42,150 bases of DNA from Octopus bimaculoides (GCF_001194135.2 NC_068983.1:70960824-71002973), one strand, 5' to 3'; shown: positions 12,535-25,994, counted from the stretch's first letter. Numbers and translations: made by a program. The notes: generated from the sequence alone by a model not told the origin.

Positions 12535-13330
12535 ATTACAGGGTGAGCCAACATCCACACACCAAAACATGTTGTTATTCCTAACTACTTCTCAATTACT
12601 TCTCATATGTGCAGCGTCTTAAATGATTTTTGATCTTGGTGCACGATTTTTAGCTCAGAATATGTAAATAATTATATATGTATCTATTTCTCTCTCTTTA
12701 TATATATATATATATATGACTTGCCTTCTATGTTTTTTCTAAATATTTCTCTCCCACTTTCCGTCTTTCCATTTTATGGTGTTTTTTACCTCTCATTTGA
12801 TGCTTGATTTATTTTTGTCCTCTTATACAGCCATTTAGTGCACATCTACATATGTATTGTTTTCAGGAAATGTATTTAAAACATGTTCATGTTTCCCAAT
12901 TGTTGGGGTGGTTTTCGACTCGGAACATAACCTAGGTTTTCCTTTCATGGTGCACAAGACAAAGAGCTAGCTTCTACTTTGTCTCGCGGCTAATAGCAAT
13001 ACCAATTAAATTACATCAGATGAAACCTTCACAGACAATGATCTACAACAGAAAAAGACGTGATGAGAAGTTCCAGGCTTACACAGTTTTGACAATTTTA
13101 CTGAATTAGGGCCAATCTCGTATTAAACAATATCCACATCATCATGATGTAGAGTTGAAACATAGTCATCCAGGTTACCCTGTTGTCTAGGGAAGTTTTC
13201 ATAATCAGAATTAACTTTTCAGTAACTGGAATTAGAAATTCATCTGTAATATCATCTAGAGGACGCTGATTGATTTCACGTATGTACTCAGTATCACTTT
13301 ATTGCTGTTACTAATAATATCTGACATACA

Positions 13331-13514
13331 CACAATTGCACAAATTTAAGAAGAGACAGTTGATTTAGTAGCCCTCATTACTTGAGTGGTACTTTATCTT
13401 TCCTACTGCAAAACGATGAACAGTAAAATTAGCTCGGTGTGGTTTGAACTCAGTAATTAAAGAGCAGTAAAGACTATCGAAGAGCATTTTGCCTGACTCC
13501 CAAACGATTCTGCC
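13331..13514 (-). mobile_element. Degenerate SINE family B copy
   Basis: ggtttgaactcagtaattaaagagcag...gagcattttgcctgactcccaaacgattctgcc is a decayed reverse complement of the family B head and body. Confidence 0.6.
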
Positions 13515-14947
13515 AAAATATTAATCAAGGCTCAAATTTTGAGTGGTGAAGCGTATTTTCGACCTCTATTACATTGCATTTTACTTGTTTTATCGAAACT
13601 TATAGAACTATAATTATTGCAAACATAAGTGTTCTCTAGTACGTACTCAACCTAACGACAGAGCCCCTGTGTGGTCGTTTAACTTAGAATTAAAAATCTT
13701 AAACAGTTTTTCCCCCAAAAGAGTACGTCAGGTAATGTAGCTCTGGGATCCCTGCACATAGGAAATTAGAAGGTATGATCATAATCACAACTAAAAGAGT
13801 TTCGATCAGGACTGACTGTTGATTATACAAAAGCAACATCGATAATACAGCAACAGTAACAGCATCAACAATAACAATAACAATATGCTTTATCGAACCA
13901 GGAAATTAATGACACCTCGCAAAGATGGAGAAATAAATATCTTACGGCATCTTGCTGGCGAATCAAGTGTCATCGACAGTTTCATAGGTGTGACCCAATG
14001 AAATTTCTGTTTTTTAATCTATGCATATAAGTTTCCAAGGCCAGCACTTATTCAGTTTGAGGGCACAGAATATATTTAAGTGCAAAATGTCTCTAGAAAT
14101 TGTCAGTATTTATCATGACAATAGTGCAAATACGTTGTTATTATAATCATCTAGCCTCAGTTAGACTCTGATTCATCAGAATAATAGCCAGATGTTTCAC
14201 TTTTCATCGCCACCATCCTTTTTTTTCTTTGTATGGCCAGGATTTTTTTTCTTTTTGTATCAAGATACCAAGTTGTGATCAGTAGAAGGGAACGTGGAGC
14301 ACATACAGGATGCCCCTAAAATCGTAATGTAAAGTTCAACAGACAGGAAAATAATGGCGTTTCTTTTCCTTGTTTCTTTCCTGTCATCTGTTAACAGTCG
14401 ACAAATGGTTGAGAACGGAGCTATAAAGAAACGATGACTTACCAATCTAGAAAACATTTTCTATTTTCTATCTATTATTTTACTTTTTATGACACTCATA
14501 ATTACACGTTACACCCTAGTATTCGTCACTCACTCAGGATTTCAAATTTACAGATCATTTGCTGGGTTCAATCGCCAACTATAAACAGATAAACAGGTTA
14601 GATTAGATAACATGAGTGAAACATCCTTCATTAACATGTTATCTACAGATATATTCATCTGTGAAATTGGTTTTACTTCAGTTCGATATATTTTGTTTTT
14701 TAGCAACTACTTTTTCTTTTATTCATTGACTTGCTTGAATATAAATACATCTATGTAGGAACGTATGTATGTACATATGCATGTTTGTATGTATGTATGT
14801 ATGTATGTATGTATGTATGTATGTATGTACGTATGTATGTATGCATATGTATGTAGATATATATGCATATGTATGTAGATATATGTGTATGTAAATACGT
14901 GTATACATACGTGTGTATATATATGTATTTATGTACACATATATGAC

Positions 14948-14978
<31 letters not shown>

Positions 14979-15769
14979 NNNNNNNNNNNNNNNNNNNNNN
15001 NNNNNNNNNNNNNNNNNNNNNNNNNNNNNNNNNNNNNNNNNNNNNNNNNNNNNNNNNNNNNNNNNNNNNNNNNNNNNNNNNNNNNNNNNNNNNNNNNNNN
15101 NNNNNNNNNNNNNNNNNNNNNNNNNNNNNNNNNNNNNNNNNNNNNNNNNNNNNNNNNNNNNNNNNNNNNNNNNNNNNNNNNNNNNNNNNNNNNNNNNNNN
15201 NNNNNNNNNNNNNNNNNNNNNNNNNNNNNNNNNNNNNNNNNNNNNNNNNNNNNNNNNNNNNNNNNNNNNNNNNNNNNNNNNNNNNNNNNNNNNNNNNNNN
15301 NNNNNNNNNNNNNNNNNNNNNNNNNNNNNNNNNNNNNNNNNNNTAATATATATACATATATACTTATATGACCCACCCCTCTCTCTCTCTATCTCTTTCT
15401 ATGCACGCACGCACACGTACACACACACGTACATACATACATACATACATACATACATACATACATACACATATATTCCTTCAACGTAGCTCCAATCAGT
15501 AATTACTTTCTGATGCAAAAATCAAAATAAATCAGTGTATATATGCATATACATTGTTATATGTGTGTAACATATACCTCGGTGTATATATGTAAGTACG
15601 TTTGTGTGTATGCACGAAAGAGTGTATGTATAACTGTGTGTGTATGTGTGCGTGTGTATGTGTCTGTGTGTGTATGTGTTGTGTCTGTGCGTCTGTATGC
15701 AACAAAAACGAATAGGAAATAGAAAGTAGGAATGAAATGAAAAGAAAGAAAATTTAGACGAAATATGTA

Positions 15770-16080
15770 TGAGAGAGAGAGAAAGACATAAAGATAGAGA
15801 AAGAGATAAAGATAGAGAAAGAGAAAGAGAAGGGGGAAAGGTACAGAGATAGGGAGACAAAGACAGAGAGAGGGGAGGAGAGCGAATGCCACAGAGAGAG
15901 AGAGACAGACAGTCAGAAAGAGAAAGACAGAGTGAGAGAAAGAGAAAGACAGAGTGAGAGAAAGAGAAAGACAAAGAGAGACAGAAAGACAGAGAGAGAT
16001 AGAGAGAAAGACTATGAGAGAAGCAAAGGACGAATTAGAAAGAGAAAAATAGGCGAGAGGGATAGAAATAGATAAAGAGG
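15770..16080. repeat. Degenerate (GA)n/(GAAA)n polypurine tract
   Basis: Direct sequence; includes a local tandem duplication of gaaagacagagtgagagaaaga. Confidence 0.9.
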
Positions 16081-16439
16081 TAATTATGTACGAGTAAAAT
16101 TTGTAGTTAAATCGAACTCTGCTTCAATCGAAGCATAAAACACATTTTCAGATATTTTCATTTTATTAAGTCAGCATTTTTATTCTGGGTAAATTTAACG
16201 TTTCAGGTGAATTGTTGAGTAACGGAATAACGGAATAGCTGATTCCGTTATACAATTTCAAAGCAATTAGATTATATACAAGCTCTAACCTTCATTCTAT
16301 GTAACTTATATTCTTCTTGTTTACCTCATACTTTTCTCACACACACTCTCACTCTCTCACACATACCAGTACGTACATGGGTACATATGTATGTGTGCGT
16401 ATATATCGTTATATGTAAGTGAAAAGGTATAGCGTTATA

Positions 16440-16661
16440 CAGTTATCACTCGGCTATCGCGGGTGTTACGTTCCCAAACCCCCGCACGATAGGTGAAAAT
16501 CCGTGAAGTAGAAACAGTACTGTACTGTATATATTTTTAATTATTTTTATAATTTGTATATATTTATTTTATTATAAAAGCAAGACAACACCGCGGAGGA
16601 ACGGACGTAAGCATAAATAATAAACTGCGATAGGTGAGCCACGATATAGCGAGGCGTACTG
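16440..16661. mobile_element. Tigger/pogo-like MITE (222 bp) with TA target duplication
   Basis: TA|cagttatcactcggctatcgcgg ... ccacgatatagcgaggcgtactg|TA. The ends are imperfect inverted repeats starting CAGT, with a TA on each side and an AT-rich core. The motif cgataggtga occurs twice inside. Confidence 0.75.
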
Positions 16662-16876
16662 TATATTAATAAGCAAGGGGTATATTCCGGTCGTCAGTTG
16701 TTGGCTGAGGCCCTCGTGATATGAAATTACCCACGTAAAATTTTCCACAGTGTGTATGTTTGTATATGTATGTATATGTGTGTGCACATTTATATACATG
16801 TGTATGTGTATATGTACATATATATATAGGACCACTATATATTATATATACTATATATTATACATGTGTGTGTGTA

Positions 16877-16909
<33 letters not shown>

Positions 16910-18199
16910 GTATGTATGTATATATGCATGTATAATATATAGTGGTCCTAAACAGAATGTGTTTAGAGTTTAAATAATCCTTTCTATTGTATTTGCAGTT
17001 TAAATAATGAGAATTATTTTGATTCAGTGTATTTATCGTATGTTTTACTCTAACCGTTGCATTTAGTCTGGGCCATTAGATACGTTTCTTTAAACTATAT
17101 ATATTTATAGTCCTTCCAATTGCGAAATCACTTGCGCTTTTATTAGATATTTTTAAAGGTCCATCTTTCTATTCATATGATTTTTAAGATAATTGACGTT
17201 TTTAAAGGAAGTTCAACTTTCATTATGTAGACCACGATTAAAGTTGTTCTAGCCAGGCTTTTTTTAAAGATAATCTGCCACTACATTGCCTAATCTAGTT
17301 TCCATTTATATTTATATCTATATTTCTAAATCATGTAGGGAATGAACTGAAAGAGAAAGCACATTGCTGTAATGTTGCTATCTTTTTTTAATGAGTCGCA
17401 TATTTAAGATAATTTATTCATAGAAATCAAAGTATTACTTTTACCATTTATATATATGAATCTTGATACTTGCCAGGAGCGAAGGGATTTTGGCGAATGA
17501 TGAATTTTAGGAAATATATACTTTTGCATAACATTATAATGGACATTCAGCTTATGTTCTGCTATAATACATCTATGAATTCTTTGATAATTCTGTGATG
17601 ATGGACTCTTAGTTTATTTGACTTATAGCTCAAAACTGAATAAGCGACGGCATATATATTTTTATGGTTTGTCAAATCCAGTTTATTTGCCTGTCTACCT
17701 GCTTGCTTGTAAAATTTCGTATCAATCTAACAAGACATCAACAGTGATTTCTTATCGCAAACAGCTTTCAACCAGCCTCCTCTTTCTTTATTTGAGATAC
17801 AAGGGTCTTTTATTAACTGCTATGCTATAATTTAAAGACAGCATCTGTATTTTCTAGTGAGGCAGAAAGAAGCATGATGCTGCTTGGTTGACCAATTAGA
17901 GCAATACAAAATCCATAGCAACCGGTCAGTTAGGCTATAACTACAAAGAGAAATCAAAGTCCTCTATCAAATGCAGTGAAACATATCGATTCACTCGCTG
18001 AACGTATCCAGACTCAGTACAGTATACCACTACACTGCTGTCTAATGTCTACTTATAGCTGGCAGAATTTTTAGAGTATCAGTAAAACTTCACAGTATTT
18101 GTTACAACTCTTTATATTCTAAGTTCAAATTTCACCTACAGCATTTCTTTTTATCCTAAAACATAGTGTCAATCGAGTACCGGATTTGATGATGTCAGC

Positions 18200-20700
18200 A
18201 AATCCTGACCCCTTAAAACCGTATCACATGTATTGTGTATTACATTATGCTTTCCAATAGATTTCTTATATTAAGTTTTATTAAATTTAGGTCCTTTACG
18301 TTCTAAAGGAATCCTTATAAGCATGCCATATAAATATACTTAATGTTACATCTAGTTTTCCTGTTATGGAGCAGAACCATCTTCTTTGAAACATATACCG
18401 TATAATTTGATTAAGAGTCACATCCTTGCTGAATATGCTTGATAACATTATTCAGTCCCTGTATTAACAGATCTAAAAAAACAATTGCAGTCAATTTGCT
18501 TCTCTGATACTTTTTCTGGTGTCACTTTTTCTCTTGTTGGAAAGCCCTAAAACTGTCATGTATATTTTTTCTTGATAAAGTCTGTGTGGCTAGTTAAAAA
18601 GTGATTTATATTTTCTTCCCAACTTTCTGATATGCATTGCATTATATTTCCTTGCCTGTGTCTAATCGGATGATGTTAATTTTGTGCAACAAAAATGTTA
18701 TTTAATATCAATTTCAATCCTGTACTTTGGAAGTAGCACTGAGATTTCGTTTTCCTATTTCCAGTCAGTTTTGTCAGTTATTGATTGTGCAGGGTTTTCT
18801 TGTGCAGTCGCTTTTGCATGGAATTCCGTAGTTTCAGTTAACTCTTTCATTACCACATTTCTCTTGAAATACACTCCCTTCATTTCAGTCAGTTTTGAAA
18901 ATAATGATGAGACTAGTAAAATAACTTTCTCATTTTTAAACTGTTGTTGAAAACATACATTTACATGAAATTTTTATAGGCGCAGGAGTAGCTGTGTGGT
19001 AAGTAGCTTGCTTACCAACCACATGGTTCCGGGTTCAGTCCCACTGCGTGGCACCTTGGGCAAGTGTTTTCTACTATAGCCTCGGGCCGACCAAAGCCTT
19101 GTGAGTGGATTTGGTAGACGGAAACTGAAAAAAGCCCGTCGTATATATGTACATATGCATGTATGTATGTATGTATATATGTGTGTTTGTGTGTTTGACC
19201 CCCCACCATCGCTTGACAACCGATGCTGGTGTGTTTACATCCCCGTAACTTAGCGGTTCGGCAAAAAGAGACCGATAGAATAAGTACTAGGCTTACAAAG
19301 TATAAGTCCTGGGATCGATTTTCTTGACCAAAGGCGGTGATCCAGCATGGCCGCAGTCAAATGACTGAAACGATAGAAGATATAAGTTTAGATCACTTTA
19401 AAACAGTGTGTTTGAATTATAGAATCAGGGGTAAACTTATGTGTGTAGTTATCAAAATAGTTAAAGGGCATTTTGTTGTTGCACCTTTCATCTTATAATT
19501 GCCAGCCAGTTTCGATGTTGTAACATATTTGTTGGCTTCTTTGTTGAAACTAACAATTCGTTTCGAAACCATTTGTATTAGTTTTCTGTTATTCTTTACA
19601 GTTATTGTTGTAGTCTCACTGTGAATATTCCATAATATTCTTATTGTTGAAGACCATACCTCCCCGAGGAAGTAAATATACATAAGAGTAATATACTTTT
19701 GCACAATCACGTTTTAGTTTATTCCAAAGTATATCGTTATATCTATAGTTTTTCTGTCTACTTAATTCATAGAGTTTCCGGTTGAGAATATTGTAGTCGT
19801 AAATTATAACAGTACCAGCTAAAGTATTTATGACATTTACCTTATAATTTTCATTTCGCTGTTTTAAATACTAACTATATGCATCTAAAATATTTCTCCA
19901 TAAACCAATGTTTTAGTTGTGTGAGTTGTATTTTACTAGTTCATTGATTTCGAAGTATTTTAAAACTATATTTGAGATAATACTCGCTTCACAGTTTCTA
20001 TGTCTAATATGATATATGGTATTAATTCATTTTTCTCTTTTCACAGTTTACTTGGTGCATTCGTTTACATCTAATCTTCCTAGTATATCCATGTTCTCTT
20101 TGTAGCAATATCTCAAATTGTTTAACCTCTGCAGCTTACAGTACGATGTCATCTATAAACAAAAGGTGGCTGTTAGTCTTTCCATGGGATTTGCAGCTTT
20201 GTCCAGTGCGGTTCCACGTGAAAGATAAGGTGTTTACGCTAGTCAGAAAACAACTGGAGAAACCCGTGTGTCTAGATAGTATGTCACTTTTCTCATTATG
20301 ATTGGGTTGATTTTATACCCCAACCTCTAATTTGTCTTTGTAACTGTATAATTGTTTTATACTTTTTCGTAACTCGCTTAATTTATCTGATTATTAGTGG
20401 TGCTTACTAAAGCCTAATGTTTCCAGGTAATACATACGGTGAACAATGTCAAATGCCATACTTAACAACCACTTTATAATGTCTTGGGTTATAGATTTCT
20501 TAAATATTAATTAGTCTTTGTAGCTTCTTAAGTCCTTGCAGAATAAAATTCTGGCCTCCAAGAAAAAAGTTTCTCAAATGTTTATTTAACATTTACGATT
20601 ATATTCTATGAAAAGATAAACTATGAATCTGTTGCGTGTACGATATTCCACTTCCTTGGTGTTGAGTGTTAATATGCAATGGGCTATATCAGCATATCGT
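18200..20700 (-). mobile_element. Very old R4/Dong-like RLE LINE relic (RT to endonuclease), interrupted by a SINE
   Basis: Motifs are collinear on the minus strand across many stops and frameshifts: SYKD*LIFKKSITQD..LSMAF (RT N-part); SVNTLSFTWNRTGQSCKSHGKTNSHLLFIDDIVL (YxDD-equivalent, ~20146-20169); KQFEILLQ; MDILGRLDVNECTK; YKVNVINTLAGTVIIYDYNILN (NK..AINTWAVPV-like); YVYLLPRGGMV; then past the SINE, EENINHFLTSHTDFIKKKY (zinc-knuckle region) and VTPEKVSEKQIDCNCFLDLLIQ. Boundaries are approximate. Confidence 0.7.
18979..19380 (+). mobile_element. SINE family A, full-length and best-preserved copy
   Basis: tRNA-like head with A-box-like gctgtgtggtaag and B-box-like ggttcagtcc, CORE-like ggcaccttgggcaagtg, internal TA/TG tract, and 3' end gtcaaatgactgaaac. 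Similar copies occur elsewhere in the window. Confidence 0.9.
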
Positions 20701-21999
20701 TAAACAGCTCAGTATGTTACTTAAGGAGTTATGAGGACAGTTCATTTCCTAGGAAAATGTGAAAGTCGTTGACGAAACGGAAGCACTGGTGTTTTGGAGA
20801 GCAATTACTATGTGTATTATTTGCTCCACCCAAGTTACACAGATAATTCCTTGATGCTCTCAGCGTGGGATCTGCAACCATTAATGTAATTCTTCACAAA
20901 TGCCATATAAAATATGTGCGTGAGTGTATAGATATATATATATGTACATGTTTGTGTGAGTGTGTGTGTCTGTGTATGTAGTGTGTGTGCCTGTGCGCGC
21001 GTGTGTGTGTGTGTGTGTGTATGTGCGTGCGCAGGCGTTTGTGTATACGTGCGTATACATATATAAGTACATACAAGTGGAATTCGAAATAGTGTTCCCA
21101 TTGTAGCTTGTTATAATGAAACTCTTTCCTCCGCAGTGCTTTCTACAGTTGCCGATAATATAGCCTATAAATTCAACTCAGAGAAAGCTTAGAGTTTTTC
21201 ATTTTCACTGTAAGCTTCGGATTAATACTAATGCCACCTACTCTTGAGGGCACGTTAAAGTTATTTAAGATAACTCCAAGTCTATTTCTTTACTTGAACG
21301 ATAAACGGCTTAGTAAACATTGCTGGCACCATTAATCCCATCATATTTTCACTCCGAAGACATTTGTTCATGTGTTCTCAACTGACGTTCTCATCTTAAT
21401 ATTTATGAATCAGAGAACGACGAAAACATCACAAGCAGAAGTGAATAACCTCACAGCGAATATATAACCTGTGTAGTTCCAACGAAAGACAGAGTAAGCT
21501 GCTACAAGCAGTATAACTTAGTGATCCTGCTAGCAGTCGCCTTCATCTCTTCATTCATTTCTTATTTCTTAAATACATGATGTCTCGAGCAACTTAGATC
21601 GATTTCCGATCAAAAATGGTTGCAGCTGTTGCACTACATTCAATTTTTTTCCAATTTCAAGTACAATAATAAATATACACATATGCGTTGTACACTTACA
21701 CAAACACGTATATACGAAATACACACACGCATACAAAGAGATATACAAAAACAAGACAAACGCAAACGCGCGCGCGCGCGGTGAGGCTTCAGCATTAACT
21801 GTAACGTTAAACCCAACAAATTGATCTTATACTCAAAAAGACGAAAAAAACTACATAATTACATTTGCTGTCACGCACGCACACACATGCGCGTACATCC
21901 TTCATCACACACACACACACACACATAGGTGACCCTCTCCCACTTTTTTCCTCTGTGTGTATATATATATGTGTGTGTATATATATACATATATGTGTG

Positions 22000-22060
<61 letters not shown>

Positions 22061-23530
22061 TTATAGTAGGGAGGCAATGCACATATTATGCACGCATGAG
22101 GTGCGTTTATCTCTTTGATATATAGCTGCGGCGTCTGCGTTGAAATCTATGACATTATTCCTCACTTTGTAAAACAATCATGTGACAACTCACAAACACT
22201 ACACGTCTACATAGCATACACATACGTAAACTCACATATTTACACTAGCTCATCCACGTGTGTTGTGTGTGTACTTATGTGAAAATACAAATCAAGTCTA
22301 CAGTGAAATATAATAATTAATATGCCATTTATATTGTTTCAACTTGCTTTTTGCCACTGCTTCAATGAGTTTAACTTTGACATTGTACTTATGAAATATT
22401 TTATCAATTTATTAATAATACATTTCGTAAAAATCTTCTGGGCAATTTAGCTTCTCTATTTTTTTGTCTATGTTGTATTTATGTTTGAGAACAGCATGCT
22501 ACCAAGCAAGAACCCACGAAAACTCGATTTGTTAAATACATATTTTTTTCTTTTTTTTTTTGCTTGCGTTGTCGTCCTTACATTTTATGCTTTTACTAAA
22601 TATTGTTTAAACAATGTTTGTCTTCCTTCGATGCGTACATAGAATTGATAAATAGGAATTATGATGCTCTGCTCAACACATGTTAGCACCTAATTCACTA
22701 TTTAAATCTCGATTGCAATGCCTACAGCAACATCAGAAAACATTTGCGTGACTGGATATATTTCGGTTGCAACGAGCGCACTGGCTTCGTGATGTCACTC
22801 GATAATATTTTAACGTATTTTTTATGTCTTATCTTTTAATAAGTTATTCCTTTCCTGGGATATGTCCACTTGTAATGTAATATGGTTATCCATTGACTAA
22901 TCATTTAATTTTCCTCAAAAATTTGAGTTTTATTCATTTAGGATTGTCTTCCTCGGCCAAAATTTTTTCTGTTTTGCCACGGACGCGTAAATTTCACTCC
23001 TTAATCTACTAATCTATTCAATCTATACAGCAATAAGTACTGTTTGTTCAGTCTTGTTTCATTGGTTGGTTGATAGATCGATTCATTGTTTAATTGATTG
23101 ATTAAGTTGTTGATTTATTAGTTAATCTATTATATTCTCATTCTGGTATTTCTCCAACAAATTAGTTTAGACAGAACATACATCTATCGTTCGAGCTGTG
23201 GAAGTAGCAAGCAAAATATCCTTAGAAATATAAAATATCATCACAAAAGGGGAATGATAAATTAGATGAGCTAGTACTACATACGCTACGACTTAAAGTA
23301 AAGAGGAGCTCTGAATAAGACTCAGCTCCATCGTATCAGTTAAGATGATTTAAACCTTCAGTAAGAATGTTCTAAATTATTATTAAGTAAAATAAAATAT
23401 GTTGGCAAAATAAACTAATTCATTGTAGTTCAGATTTCTTGGTATCTAGTTATTTTGACAGCAGAAGCATGTCATACAGATGGTAAATTAACTTATCTAT
23501 GTATAAATACCTGTGTGTGTGTGTGTGTGT

Positions 23531-23574
<44 letters not shown>

Positions 23575-23724
23575 NNNNNNNNNNNNNNNNNNNNNNNNNN
23601 NNNNNNNNNNNNNNNNNNNNNNNNNNNNNNNNNNNNNNNNNNNNNNNNNNNNNNNNNNNNNNNNNNNNNNNNNNNNNNNNNNNNNNNNNNNNNNNNNNNN
23701 NNNNNNNNNNNNNNNNNNNNNNNN

Positions 23725-23769
<45 letters not shown>

Positions 23770-25587
23770 TATCAATAGTCACCAAAAGTTACAGATTGAC
23801 ACAAGAGCTGAAAGGTTCGTGTATTGGCACTTATCAAACTGATTTCAAATCAAGGGGATTACATTTACATACCGGTAATAATTATACTTGTCCAGATCGT
23901 TTTAGAACAACTTATAAAATGTCACGGTCACGTGGATAATGAATATTTTTTAAACAATGAATATTTTTAAAATAAGGAGTAAGTAGATAAACAAAGGATA
24001 AAATTCAAATATGGGAAAGATATGTATGCATTGATATGCAGACATATAGAAGAAATTTTTGGTGAACATGTACACAAAACGTAACAGAAACTCGCCGCAA
24101 GGCGAGCGCTCGGCAGGAGAGATATTCAGAGGACGAACTCCCATCCGATAAGTGTTTCTGTCCTTATACTTGACACTGTAGGGATGCTGGGCCCACTCAG
24201 GTCATGACTCTTTCTGTTTTCCAAAATCCATTCTCCAGTAGTATGTTTATACATACGGACTTATTCACTGGTATTTTCAATTACGTGTGTACACATGCGT
24301 ACACTTTCCCTTCTTCGTGTGATTTAGATGATAGTTTATAATATCTTTTAGCAGTATAGTTTCACTGTCAAATGCAGATACATAACAGAAATGTAGTCTT
24401 TCACAAAAGGCTACATTTTTTTTTTCTTTACCGTCTGTTTAGAAGTGTTGTGACTTACAGTATCGTCCTTCACTTTTCTTTTCTCTCCTTTGTTCTTGAC
24501 AAAATAAGGACTGAAGCTCTCAGTAGCCTATCTGTCCTTATATGATGTGACTGTATATCATTATATAAGACATATGTATTTTACATGCTTCACAACTCAT
24601 AATTATTTGCTTTTTATATTATTTATTTCCCGACTTGACGTCTTGGATTCCAGGTGCATTTTCATGACATATGGATATCAGACAAGCATCCATATATTTT
24701 AATTGCTATATTTTCTTCATTTATGCTCTACTCTTTGGTTTTCAACACTTCCTTCATTAACTGAGCTGAGGAAATTACTGATCTCTACATTTTGCCCCCC
24801 CCCCCCAAAAAAAAGAAAATGAAAAATTGAAAACTTTCCTTCTTTTTTTTGTTGTTTTCTTCTTTTTCTTTCTACCTCGCTGAACGCTATGTGTATCTGC
24901 TGGTGTTTTACAAATCTCTATCATTCAACAAATTCTGTCGGCCAATTTTTCAACGTAGTCAAACGAACACAAACAGAGATTTTTTTCAACATTTTTTACT
25001 TATATACCAACTTTTGATACTATTGTTTTGATTAATATTCCCGTTAGATTCCACAAGATACCAAGCAACTATTCCCAACTATGCACCTACTTTATCTTCA
25101 ACACTGAAAGTCAATTTCTTCTAATTGACTAGTTTATTGTATATCACTGAAAATAGAGACCACAGTTAAACCGATACCTTCAAGTGGGCATTCAATGGAT
25201 AGGACTCAACAGGGATCCTTCAACTCACCTTGCAAGCAAGTACAGCTGACAATAATTGATAATCTGATAGGAAATTAAGACAAGCACAACAAGTTTACAT
25301 AATGATAGAAAGTTTATGTCCAGTATTAAATGCATCGCAATTATGAAGAAACAAATGTGTGTGTGTGTGCGTTTATAAATATATACACATATATATCTAT
25401 TTATATATGCATATATATATATATGTGTATATATACATGTGCACATATATGCATATATACATATGTGTATATATGTGCATATATATATATGCATATATAC
25501 GTGCGTGTGTGAGTGTGTGTGTGTGCGTGCGTATAACGAAATTTTATATACTACATTTCGAGAAATATATACACGTTTACTCTTTAA

Positions 25588-25740
25588 TTTAATTCAGTCA
25601 ATTGGCTAGAGCACCTTACCGTAGGTTTAGTCGAACAAATCGATCCCAGTACTGATTTTAATTCTGGTATTATTCTTTTGAACCGCGAAGTTTTGCCGAC
25701 TTAAATAATCCGACAGTGAATGTAAAGTGTGGAGAAAACA
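25588..25740 (-). mobile_element. Degenerate 3' fragment of SINE family A
   Basis: ttcagtcaattggctagagcacc...tttagtcgaacaaatcgatcccagtac resembles the reverse complement of the family A 3' end. Confidence 0.55.
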
Positions 25741-25876
25741 CATGTAGTAGGTTTCATAAAACTACAATTTGAAGTCCAAAATATGATTAGAAAAGAAACT
25801 CGTGGTAATCATGGAGATGAAATGACGAATGCTTTCCGGTCTTGAATAGAAAGTCTAACAATATTACTAATATATG

Positions 25877-25994
25877 ACTTTCGGCCATATCACGCTGAGA
25901 GCACTGGTTCTTGTCCGATCACCGAAGTTAAGCAACGTCGAGCCTAGTGAGTACTTAGATGGGTAACCGCTTGGGAATCCTAGGTGCTGTAAGC
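25877..25994 (+). rRNA. 5S rRNA copy, full length (118 nt), probably a retrocopy/pseudogene
   Basis: actttcggccatatcacgctgagagcactggttcttgtccgatcaccgaagttaagcaacgtcgagcctagtgagtacttagatgggtaaccgcttgggaatcctaggtgctgtaagc has the eukaryotic 5S layout (ccgatcaccgaagttaagc, Box C-like agtacttagatggg, cctag/ctagg helix). Helix I (actttcggc with gctgtaagc) has two uncompensated mismatches. No oligo-T terminator follows. Confidence 0.92.

Noticed and set aside
12539-12670. TA-CAGGGTG mariner-like terminus, and a possible mariner end near 13059-13085
   Set aside because: No matching opposite end and no recognisable transposase, so it is too weak to call.
16220-16250. 9-bp hairpin taacggaat-agctg-attccgtta with an upstream direct repeat; also the 16-bp tandem duplication at 7552-7584 and a short hairpin near 35830-35875
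   Set aside because: Too short to be significant and consistent with ordinary slippage events.
24170-24520. Possible ancient RTE-type RT fragment on the minus strand (SAFDS...KIL, ENTSE*VRM)
   Set aside because: Only two weak motif matches and no QG or YADD motif.
25877-25994. Functional 5S rRNA gene in a tandem array
   Set aside because: Single copy in the window, two uncompensated helix I mismatches, no oligo-T terminator, and fused to a SINE inside a direct repeat.
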